From contig NZ_DASZAU010000006.1 of the NCBI RefSeq assembly GCF_035944815.1, forward strand, positions 36,778 through 100,777: DNA of 64,000 nt. Reading direction: 5' to 3'. Source of the stretch: Sphingopyxis sp. GTDB taxonomy: Bacteria; Pseudomonadota; Alphaproteobacteria; Sphingomonadales; Sphingomonadaceae. Each line of letters begins with the position of its first letter. The first letter of the stretch is position 1. Positions 56,441 to 64,000 of the stretch are shown piece after piece. The position numbers and the translations under genes were made by a program. The notes beneath the pieces were generated by a model. It did no database searches. It saw only the letters and a program-made list of their open reading frames with translations, and had not been told where the DNA came from.

Positions 56441-57556
56441 ATGAAAGCGACGATCGAACGCGCAGTGTTGTTGAAGAGCCTCGGCCACGTCCAGTCGGTG
56501 GTCGAACGGCGCAATACGATCCCGATCCTTTCCAACGTGCTGATCGAAGCCGATGCGTCGGGCCAGTTGAAATTGATGGCGACCGACCTCGACCTGCAGG
56601 TGGTCGAAACGATCGCGGCCAAGGTCGAAACGCCGGGAACCACCACCGTGTCGGCGCACACGCTGTTCGAAATCGCCCGCAAGCTGCCCGAAGGATCGGA
56701 AGTCAGCCTTGCCGCTGCCGAGGGCAAGATGCAGGTCAAGGCCGGCCGCTCGAACTTCAACCTGCCGACGCTGCCGCGCGACGATTTCCCGGTGATCGCC
56801 GAGGGCGACCTGCCGACCAATTTCGAGCTGCCCGTCGCCGAGCTGATCCAGATCATCGACAAGACGCGCTTCGCGATCTCGACCGAAGAAACGCGCTATT
56901 ATCTCAACGGCATCTTCCTGCACGTCGCCGAGGATGCATCGGGGCCGGTGCTGAAGGCGGCGGCAACCGACGGCCACCGCCTCGCGCGCTACACGGTGAC
57001 GCGTCCTGACGGCGCTGCTTCGATGCCCGACGTCATCGTGCCGCGCAAATGCGTCACCGAGATCCGCAAGCTGCTCGACGAGGCCGAAGGCAATGTCGAA
57101 ATCAGCCTGTCGGCGAGCAAGGTCCGTTTCCAGCTCGGTAACGCGATCCTGACCTCGAAGCTGATCGACGGTACCTTCCCCGATTACAGCCGCGTGATCC
57201 CGACCGCGAACGACAAGCTGCTCAAGGTCGATCCGAAGAGCCTGTACCAAGGCGTCGACCGCGTCTCGACGATCGCCAGCGAAAAGACGCGCGCGGTCAA
57301 GGTCGGGCTCGACAAGGACCGCATCACGCTTTCGGTGACCAGCCCCGAGAACGGCACCGCCGCCGAAGAACTGGCCGCGGGCTATGACAGCGATTCGATG
57401 GAGATCGGCTTCAACGCCCGCTACCTCAGCGACATCCTCGGCCAGGTCGACGGCGACAGCGTCGAACTCCACCTTGCCGACGCGAACGCGCCGACGCTGA
57501 TCCGCGAAAGCGAAAAGAGCCCGGCGCTCTACGTGCTGATGCCGATGCGGGTCTGA
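56441..57556 (+). CDS. dnaN: DNA polymerase III subunit beta (sliding clamp)
   Basis: MKATIERAVLLKSLGHVQSVVERRNTIPILSNVLIEA ... the C-terminus YVLMPMRV. A full-length three-domain clamp. Confidence 0.95.
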   Translation: MKATIERAVLLKSLGHVQSVVERRNTIPILSNVLIEADASGQLKLMATDLDLQVVETIAAKVETPGTTTVSAHTLFEIARKLPEGSEVSLAAAEGKMQVKAGRSNFNLPTLPRDDFPVIAEGDLPTNFELPVAELIQIIDKTRFAISTEETRYYLNGIFLHVAEDASGPVLKAAATDGHRLARYTVTRPDGAASMPDVIVPRKCVTEIRKLLDEAEGNVEISLSASKVRFQLGNAILTSKLIDGTFPDYSRVIPTANDKLLKVDPKSLYQGVDRVSTIASEKTRAVKVGLDKDRITLSVTSPENGTAAEELAAGYDSDSMEIGFNARYLSDILGQVDGDSVELHLADANAPTLIRESEKSPALYVLMPMRV

Positions 57557-57583
57557 CGACCTTCCCGAACGCGAAATGAAAAA

Positions 57584-57612
57584 GGCCCCGCAATTGCGGG
57601 GCCTTTTCTTTT
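57584..57612 (+). terminator. rho-independent terminator of dnaN
   Basis: ggccccgc-aatt-gcggggcc followed by ttttctttt, with an A-run on the 5' side (bidirectional design). Confidence 0.88.
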
Positions 57613-57661
57613 GGCTATTATGTAGTTCTCAAACCCGATGAATAGTTCGAGATGCGGAGCG

Positions 57662-57937
57662 ATGCCGGATTTGATCAAAGAGGAGGTCGAGGGAATTCTC
57701 GGCCGTCGCCAGTGGTGGTCCGTGGGGTCCATCAAGGCATTAGTGTCATACGGATCAGGCGATTGCGGAGTTTGGTTCTACGATTTGCGTAGCGGCCGTA
57801 GTGAAGACATCGGGCGCGCCTTGATCGCGGCGGGCCATCCGATCAGCTTGCAGCCGTCAATAGATTGCGAAGTCATTGCCTGCCCCGAAGCGCATTTGGG
57901 CCGGTTGCTAGAGGCGGCTGCTGACCTCAGCCGCTAG
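57662..57937 (+). CDS. small hypothetical protein on a lower-GC insert
   Basis: Track ORF 57638..57937. I prefer ATG 57662 (ggag 4 nt upstream), giving MPDLIKEEVEGILGRRQWWSV... of 91 aa. No family recognised. Confidence 0.4.
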   Translation: MPDLIKEEVEGILGRRQWWSVGSIKALVSYGSGDCGVWFYDLRSGRSEDIGRALIAAGHPISLQPSIDCEVIACPEAHLGRLLEAAADLSR

Positions 57938-57970
57938 CTGGGTTTGCTAACTATATAATCGCCTTTTCTT

Positions 57971-59314
57971 TTATCCGGCCTTCGCGACCCGCCAGATCAC
58001 CCCGCCCGTGTCATCCGCAACCAGCGCGCTGCCGTCCTTCGCGACCTTGACGTCGGCCGGGCGGCCGCGCGTGGTCTTGCCGTCCTTGGCCAAGAACTGG
58101 TCTAGCAGGGTGACGGGCAGGGCGTCGACGGGTTTGCCGTTGGCGCCGAACTTGACGAACACGACGCTGTAGCCCGCAACCGGTTCGCGGTTCCACGACC
58201 CGTGCAGCGCGATCAGCGCGCCGTTCGCCCAGCGATCGCCAAGGTCGAGACCCTCGGAGAAGGTGAAGCCGAGCGGCGCGGTGTGGGCGCCGAGGCCATA
58301 TTCAGGGCGCTTGACATATTGGCGGCGATCCTCGGCTTCGGGCTCGACGCGCGGGTCGATGTAGCCGCCCCAATAATACCAGGGCCAGCCGTAGAAATCG
58401 CCCTCGGCGACGTCGGTCATATAGTCGGGGACGAGGTCGCTGCCGAGCATGTCGCGTTCGTTGACCACGGTCCACAGCCGGTCGCTGCCGGGATAGAAGC
58501 CGAGGCCCACCGGGTTGCGGATGCCTGCGGCGAAGGTGCGCATATATTTATTCTCGGGCCGGACTTCGAGCACGCTGGCGCGGCGGAATTCGCGGTTCAT
58601 GCCCTTTTCGCCGATATTGGAGTCGGCGCCGACGCCGATATAAAGCCAGCCGTTCGGCGCGACCGCGAGGCTCTTGGTCCAGTGCCGGTTGGTGCCCTTT
58701 GCCGGCAGGTCGACGATCTTCGCGGGCTTGCCGCTCATCTTCGTTTCGCCCGCGACATAGGGAAAGGCGAGCAGCGCGTCTGTGTTGGCGACATAGAGCG
58801 TGCTGCCGACCAGCGCCATGCCATAGGGCGAGTTGAGCCCCGTGATATAGGCGGTCTTGACCTCGGCCTTGCCGTCGCCGTCGGCGTCGCGGAGCAGGGT
58901 GATCCGGTTCGCGGACGGGCGGCGGCCGGTGCCGCCCTTGCCCATCAGGCTGCTCATGATCTTGCCCTCGACCCCCGACGTGTCGCGCGGCGGGCTTTGC
59001 GATTCGGCGACGAGCACGTCGCCGTTCGGGAGCACCAATATCGTGCGCGGATGATCGAGCCCTTCGGCAAAGCGCTCGACGGCCAGCCCCTGCGCGGCGC
59101 GCGGCGCCTGTCCGGCGGGCCAGCTTGTCGCCTCGGGGACGTTGATCGTCGGAAAGCTCTCGGTCCGCTGCGACGCCATCACCGGCACCCGGCCGCTGAG
59201 TTCGGCGGTCGAGAAGCGCGCCACGTCGGGCCGCGACATGACATAATAGGTGATGCCGCCGGCAATCAGCAGCAGCAACAGGGCGAGGGCGGCATATTTC
59301 AGGATCTTGCGCAT
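57971..59314 (-). CDS. PQQ-dependent sugar (sorbosone-type) dehydrogenase, membrane-anchored
   Basis: N-terminal TM anchor and a beta-propeller pattern, with DFYGWPWYYWG and DDTGGVIWRV typical of the sorbosone dehydrogenase family. Confidence 0.75.
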   Translation of the reverse strand: MRKILKYAALALLLLLIAGGITYYVMSRPDVARFSTAELSGRVPVMASQRTESFPTINVPEATSWPAGQAPRAAQGLAVERFAEGLDHPRTILVLPNGDVLVAESQSPPRDTSGVEGKIMSSLMGKGGTGRRPSANRITLLRDADGDGKAEVKTAYITGLNSPYGMALVGSTLYVANTDALLAFPYVAGETKMSGKPAKIVDLPAKGTNRHWTKSLAVAPNGWLYIGVGADSNIGEKGMNREFRRASVLEVRPENKYMRTFAAGIRNPVGLGFYPGSDRLWTVVNERDMLGSDLVPDYMTDVAEGDFYGWPWYYWGGYIDPRVEPEAEDRRQYVKRPEYGLGAHTAPLGFTFSEGLDLGDRWANGALIALHGSWNREPVAGYSVVFVKFGANGKPVDALPVTLLDQFLAKDGKTTRGRPADVKVAKDGSALVADDTGGVIWRVAKAG

Positions 59315-59486
59315 GACGCCTGTCTACACGGGCAATGCGCGGCGTCAAAGGGGTTGGGTGCGGGCCCGAAAGGTTAACGGCGAGGCCGGCATGATTAACC
59401 TTACCCGCTTGTTCATCACGGTTGGGAACGTGACGGTGAGGGGCCCCGGACTAGGAAGCTGGCACACCCAACGGACCAGGAACCCG

Positions 59487-59702
59487 ATGCACCTGCCAGC
59501 CCCCTTCCTTACCGATCGCGCCGCGGTCGAGGATGCCCATGCGCTTATCAACCTGCATGGCGAAGAAGCGGGCTTCGCTGCGGCAGCGCGCGCCGAACAA
59601 TATCGCGTGCTCGGCAATCACGTTCATTTCGCGCGCTGGCGCCAGATCGAACGGCTCATCACCTATCTGTCGGTCGAGGATATCCTCGACACGGTGCATT
59701 AG
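59487..59702 (+). CDS. small hypothetical protein
   Basis: Last 71 codons of track ORF 59250..59702, with agga upstream of ATG 59487. MHLPAPFLTDRAAVEDAHALINLHGEEAGFAAAARAEQYR... has protein-like composition. Confidence 0.5.
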   Translation: MHLPAPFLTDRAAVEDAHALINLHGEEAGFAAAARAEQYRVLGNHVHFARWRQIERLITYLSVEDILDTVH

Positions 59703-59705
59703 GCG

Positions 59706-60623
59706 CTAGAGCCGCAGGCCCGCGGTTTCGGGCAGGCCTGCCATGATATTGAGGTTCTGGACGCAGGCGCCGCTTGCGCCCTTGCCCAGATTGTCGAGCC
59801 GCGCGACGAGGCGGAGCTGGCGGCCGGCGGGGTCGGCGAAGACGGTCAATTCCATCCGGTCGGTCGCCGCATCCTTCTGGCTCAGCAGCAATTCACTTTC
59901 GTCGCCGCGCCGCACACCGACCAGCGGCGACCCATCGAAATGCGCCGCGAGCGTGTCGACGACCGCATCGGCCATCGGCGTATCGAAGCTGAGCGGCACC
60001 TCGACGAGCATCCCGCGATAGACGGGCACCACCGCTGGCGCGAACAGCGGCGGGTGCGCGAGGCCGGCGCCTTGCTGCATTTCGGGCACATGCTTGTGGT
60101 TCAGCGACAGGCCATAGCTGCGAAAGCCGATATCGGGCTCGGCTTCGAAGCGCGCAATCAACTCCTTGCCGCCGCCCGAATAGCCCGACACCGCGTTGAC
60201 GCTGAGCCGCGTGTCCACCGCGACGATCCCCGCAGCGACCAGCGGCGCGACGAGCGCAAGGAAGCCGGTCGGATAGCAGCCCGGATTGCTGACGCGGGCC
60301 GAGGCGGCGATCGCTTCGCGCTGCGCCGCGCTCAGTTCGGGGAAGCCATAGGCCCAGTCCGGGGCGACGCGGTGCGCGGTCGACGCGTCGATCACCTTGG
60401 TGCGATCGTTGCGGATCATCGCGACCGCTTCGATCGCCGCGGCATCGGGAAGGCAGAGGATGACGAAATCGGCGCCGTTGAGTGCCTCGGCACGCCGCGC
60501 GGCATCCTTGCGTTCGGCATCGGGCAGCGTGACGAGCGCAAATTCGCTCCGTCCGGAAAGCCGTTCGGCGATTTCGAGGCCCGTCGTTCCCGCCGCGCCG
60601 TCGATGAATACCGTCTGTGTCAT
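59706..60623 (-). CDS. argC: N-acetyl-gamma-glutamyl-phosphate reductase (short type-2 form)
   Basis: IDGAAGTTGLEI NAD motif and the catalytic Cys context SNPGCYPTG. The 305-aa length is typical of the alphaproteobacterial type-2 ArgC. Confidence 0.92.
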   Translation of the reverse strand: MTQTVFIDGAAGTTGLEIAERLSGRSEFALVTLPDAERKDAARRAEALNGADFVILCLPDAAAIEAVAMIRNDRTKVIDASTAHRVAPDWAYGFPELSAAQREAIAASARVSNPGCYPTGFLALVAPLVAAGIVAVDTRLSVNAVSGYSGGGKELIARFEAEPDIGFRSYGLSLNHKHVPEMQQGAGLAHPPLFAPAVVPVYRGMLVEVPLSFDTPMADAVVDTLAAHFDGSPLVGVRRGDESELLLSQKDAATDRMELTVFADPAGRQLRLVARLDNLGKGASGACVQNLNIMAGLPETAGLRL

Positions 60624-60627
60624 GATG

Positions 60628-61527
60628 TTATCGCAGTCTTTTATATCCGCTCACCGGCGGATCGTGTTCCTTTGCGGCCGAACGCGCGATGACGTCGGCC
60701 AGCGGCTCAACCTTCACCGCCATCCATCGTCGGCTGGCATGGATGATATTCCGGTCGTCAGCCATGATGCCGACGTGGCCGGGGAAAAAGACGAGGTCGC
60801 CGCGCGCAAGGGCGGCCGGATCGACATCCTTGTCCGCGCCGAGCGCGGCGAATTGCAGGTCGCTGTCGCGTGGCAGCTGGACGCCGGCGGCGCCCCAGGC
60901 CAGCTGGACGAGCCCCGAACAATCGATGCCCTTCATCGTCCGTCCGCCCCACAGATAAGGCGCGTCGATCATCTGTTCGGCAACCCCGGCGGGGTCGTTG
61001 TCGTCGGCGCCGACCTCGGCGAGCGCGGCGAGCGGCAGATAGCCGTGCGAGGTGGCGAGCCATTCGCCTTCGGGCTCGCCCATCACGAGCGCGCCGCGCG
61101 GCAGCACGGCGGGGCCGCCGCTCGCGGCATCGGGCGCGCTGTGCAGCATCGCCTCGATCATCGCGACGCGGTGCGTCGGCGCGATCGGCGCGCCCAGCGC
61201 TTCGGCCGCAAGATAGCCGACGTAATGGTCGGCAAGGCAATAGCCCCATGCCCAGCCGCCGGTCAGGTCGAGCAGGGCAAAGCCCTCACCGAACAGCAGT
61301 TCGCTCGTCTGGTCGGCATCGACCGAGGGCGAGGCACGCAGCACTGCGGCCGGCAGCACGCCGCTCTGCATCATCGGTGCGGCATAATGCGGCGCGAAAT
61401 GCGTTCCCGCGACGGCGATATCGGCAAGATCGGGGCGGATCGCGACGGTGCGCGGATCGAACGTCTGCGACGTTCCGGTCAGGCCAAAGCGGTCGCGGCC
61501 CGCGCCGGCGGCGCCGGGGCGCCCCAT
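60628..61527 (-). CDS. NlpC/P60 (C40) peptidoglycan peptidase with N-terminal SH3-like domains
   Basis: Catalytic segment YLWGGRTMKGIDCSGLVQLAW plus GDLVFFPGHVGIM. The start is trimmed to ATG 61527. Confidence 0.82.
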   Translation of the reverse strand: MGRPGAAGAGRDRFGLTGTSQTFDPRTVAIRPDLADIAVAGTHFAPHYAAPMMQSGVLPAAVLRASPSVDADQTSELLFGEGFALLDLTGGWAWGYCLADHYVGYLAAEALGAPIAPTHRVAMIEAMLHSAPDAASGGPAVLPRGALVMGEPEGEWLATSHGYLPLAALAEVGADDNDPAGVAEQMIDAPYLWGGRTMKGIDCSGLVQLAWGAAGVQLPRDSDLQFAALGADKDVDPAALARGDLVFFPGHVGIMADDRNIIHASRRWMAVKVEPLADVIARSAAKEHDPPVSGYKRLR

Positions 61528-61657
61528 ACGCACGCGATTGGTCGCTGAATTCTCGCCGCTTTCTGCTGTCACTTGCCGTCCTGTTGAAACCCGGGGTCCG
61601 CACGGTGCGGACAATCGCGCGCCATTAGACCAGCAAGGCCTGCTTTATCAAGAATGT

Positions 61658-63061
61658 TCAGTTTTTCCCGCGGCGGTCGTAGCGCGACTGGAGCATCGCC
61701 CAGGCCGCACGCAGCCCCAGCGCCGCGCCGCCCTTGGGGCGGCCGGGCTTCGCCGACGGGCGCCAGGCAAAGGTGTCGAGATGCGCCCATGCGGTGCCGT
61801 CGGGAATGAAGCGCTTGAGGAACAGCGCTGCGGTGATCGAGCCGGCGAACGGCGAACTGCCTGCATTGCCGAGGTCGGCAATGTCGGTTTCGAGCAGGTC
61901 GGCATAGCCGTCCCATAGCGGCATCCGCCACAGCGGATCGTCGCGCTCGATCCCGCCCGCGAGCATCGCGTCGGCGAGCGCGTCGTCGTTGGCGAAGAGC
62001 GGCGGGAGGTCGGGGCCGAGCGCGACGCGCGCCGCGCCCGTCAGCGTCGCGAAATCGACGATCAGCTCGGGCTTGGCTTCGCCCGCCTTCGCGAGCGCGT
62101 CGCCCAGCACCAGCCGGCCCTCGGCGTCGGTGTTGCCGATCTCGACCGTCAGGCCGAGCCGGCTCTTGAGCACGTCGCCCGGGCGGAAGGCATCGGCCGA
62201 GATTGCATTTTCGGCGGCGGCAACGAGGCAGTGGAGGCGAACCGGCAGCCCGCTCGCCATCACGAGCTCGGCGAGCGCGAGGACATGTGCGGCGCCGCCC
62301 ATGTCCTTCTTCATCAACCGCATGCCCGCCGCGGGCTTGATATCGAGCCCGCCGCTATCGAAGCTGATCCCCTTGCCGACCAGCGCGATCCGCGGATGAT
62401 CGTCCTTGCCCCATTCGATTTCGATCAGTCGCGGCGCATGATGCTTGGCGGCGGCGCGGCCGACGGCGTGGATCATCGGATAACCCTGTTCGAGCGCTTC
62501 GCCCTTGGTGACGCTGAGCTTGCCGCCATGCGCCTTGGCGATGCGTTCGGCCGCCTTTTCGATCGCGGCGGGGCCCATGTCGGCGGCGGGCGTGTTGACG
62601 AGATCGCGCACGAGCGCGGCGGCGCGGACTTCGGCGACCATCGGCGCGATGACCCCGACATCGCTCGTCAGCAGGACGCGCGGGCCCTTGGTCGGCGGGT
62701 TCGATTTATAGGTGTCGAAGCGATATTGCGCGCTCATCCAGCCGAACAGGGCCTTGCCCGGCTGCTGGCCCTCGACCCGATAGCGGCCTTCGGGCAGGAT
62801 CTGCCCCAGTTTCGCAAGGCACCAGGCCGACAGGCTGTCGACATTGGCGACGGTCGTGACGACCGCCCATTTTTCCGGATCGTCGCCGGGCAGGATCGCG
62901 TGGACGAAGGTGTCGGGTTTGAAACCGACCGCGGCGAGATGTCCGCGTTCGCGCGCGCTGCGGCCCTTCAGCCATTCGTCATAGCTTTTTTTGTCGACGA
63001 GGTGGATCGGGCGGGCGTCCTGCCCCTTGTCGGGCTGGATCATGTCGGAATAGTCGATCAT
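61658..63061 (-). CDS. M17-family leucyl aminopeptidase-like protein
   Basis: M17 signature NTDAEGRLVLGDAL and metal-ligand regions (VGKGISFDSGGLDIKP, MKKDMGGAA). Confidence 0.88.
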   Translation of the reverse strand: MIDYSDMIQPDKGQDARPIHLVDKKSYDEWLKGRSARERGHLAAVGFKPDTFVHAILPGDDPEKWAVVTTVANVDSLSAWCLAKLGQILPEGRYRVEGQQPGKALFGWMSAQYRFDTYKSNPPTKGPRVLLTSDVGVIAPMVAEVRAAALVRDLVNTPAADMGPAAIEKAAERIAKAHGGKLSVTKGEALEQGYPMIHAVGRAAAKHHAPRLIEIEWGKDDHPRIALVGKGISFDSGGLDIKPAAGMRLMKKDMGGAAHVLALAELVMASGLPVRLHCLVAAAENAISADAFRPGDVLKSRLGLTVEIGNTDAEGRLVLGDALAKAGEAKPELIVDFATLTGAARVALGPDLPPLFANDDALADAMLAGGIERDDPLWRMPLWDGYADLLETDIADLGNAGSSPFAGSITAALFLKRFIPDGTAWAHLDTFAWRPSAKPGRPKGGAALGLRAAWAMLQSRYDRRGKN

Positions 63062-63115
63062 GCGCCGGTGCTAGGCCCCCGGGGATATTTTGTCGATTCC
63101 CCGCGTTATTCCAGC

Positions 63116-63979
63116 ATGACGAACGAGAAGATCTGGCGAAACGCCATCGCGATCCTTGCCGGCACGATGCTGGTAACGGGATGTTCCGAAGACAGGCCGA
63201 CGACCGAAGAGAAGGTCGCGGCTGCGTCGGTTCGCGGTGCGCCGCCCGACGGGCCCGCCGATATCGCGGCCAGGAATGCGCCCGCATCGAAGGTGAGCGA
63301 GGATAATGATCTGGTCGAATTCGCCTATGCCTATCCGCGCGACGCCGCCTCGCTTCCCGAACTTGCGGCCTTTCTGGACAGCGACCGGGCGACCAAACGC
63401 GACGCCCTGATCGCCGCTGCGACGCGCGACAAGGAGGCGGCGGAGAAGGGTGGCTTTCCCTATCGTCGCCACAGCCATCTCCAGAAATGGCAGCGCATCA
63501 CCAGCACGCCGCGCCTCCTCAGCCTCTCGGCCGAAATCGAAACCTATATGGGCGGTGCGCACGGCATGACGAGTTTCGACACGCTGATCTGGGATCGCAA
63601 CCATCGCAAGCAGCGCAAACCGCTCGACCTGTTCAAGAGCGGCGAGGCGTTCGACGCCGCGATCCGCGACGCCTTCTGTGCGGGCATCAAGCGCGCCAAG
63701 GCCGCCAAGGGGATCGTCGCCGACGAGGCTCCCGATAGCCCCTTTGCCAAATGCCCGCCGGCATCGGCGCAGACTGTGTGGCTGGGCTCGTCCGACGGCC
63801 GCTATCTCGATCGCCTGACCATCGCGATCGCGCCATACGAGGTCGGGCCGTTCGCCGAGGGCAGCTACAAGATCAACCTTCCCGTCACCGCCGGGCTGGT
63901 CGGCGCCGTCAAAGAGGAGTTTGCGCGCGATTTCCGTGTCGAGAAAGCCCGACGGAGTCCGGCGTCCCCCACGGGTTGA
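63116..63979 (+). CDS. DUF3298/DUF4163-type lipoprotein (RsiV/PdaC-like domain)
   Basis: Last 287 codons of track ORF 62231..63979. Lipobox LVTGC, and the hallmark ETYMGGAHGMTSFDTLIWD. Confidence 0.78.
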   Translation: MTNEKIWRNAIAILAGTMLVTGCSEDRPTTEEKVAAASVRGAPPDGPADIAARNAPASKVSEDNDLVEFAYAYPRDAASLPELAAFLDSDRATKRDALIAAATRDKEAAEKGGFPYRRHSHLQKWQRITSTPRLLSLSAEIETYMGGAHGMTSFDTLIWDRNHRKQRKPLDLFKSGEAFDAAIRDAFCAGIKRAKAAKGIVADEAPDSPFAKCPPASAQTVWLGSSDGRYLDRLTIAIAPYEVGPFAEGSYKINLPVTAGLVGAVKEEFARDFRVEKARRSPASPTG

Positions 63980-64000
63980 CCATCGTCCTTAGCGCTGGAT

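Overview
This is a high-G+C, densely packed chromosomal segment. Its gene content and protein signatures look alphaproteobacterial, most likely from a sphingomonad. That placement is inferred from recognisable proteins and from the GC-rich palindromic intergenic repeats; no database search was run. I call 70 protein-coding genes (one partial at the left edge). By eye I found no rRNA, tRNA, CRISPR array, transposase or integrase. Most of the window is housekeeping: pdxH, fabI, aroC, and a complete Rrf2-regulated suf Fe-S operon (rrf2-sufB-X-sufC-sufD-sufS-sufT-sufA). It also holds pyrD, ggt, a fatty-acid-CoA ligase, a thioesterase-gloA-VOC-gloB cluster, thrS, the tesA / ybbA-ybbP-like module, rlmN, dnaN and argC, plus three carboxylate/amino-acid transporters in a row. 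I did not find a clear-cut new multi-gene system such as a defence island. The best candidates for something undescribed are small, compositionally atypical insertions into this core backbone. (1) A lower-GC islet at 52.65-54.4 kb encodes a secreted GH75-like (chitosanase-fold) protein translationally coupled to an unknown secreted partner. (2) A lower-GC 109-codon membrane-anchored ORF is wedged between sufB and sufC and overlaps both. (3) A 348-bp lower-GC insert carrying one small ORF sits in the dnaN terminator tail, flanked by a 12-bp direct repeat. (4) A translationally coupled operon (membrane protein, small XRE regulator, secreted hydrolase) has a short leader that is an inverted repeat containing its own Shine-Dalgarno. 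(5) A terminator-bounded structured segment may be a small RNA, next to a cluster of nested palindromic repeats. Start codons were chosen by eye from the ORF track, so many track ORFs are trimmed to an internal start with a better N-terminus or RBS. All family assignments rest on remembered motifs, not searches. The many long ORFs antisense to real genes are treated as high-GC shadow ORFs.
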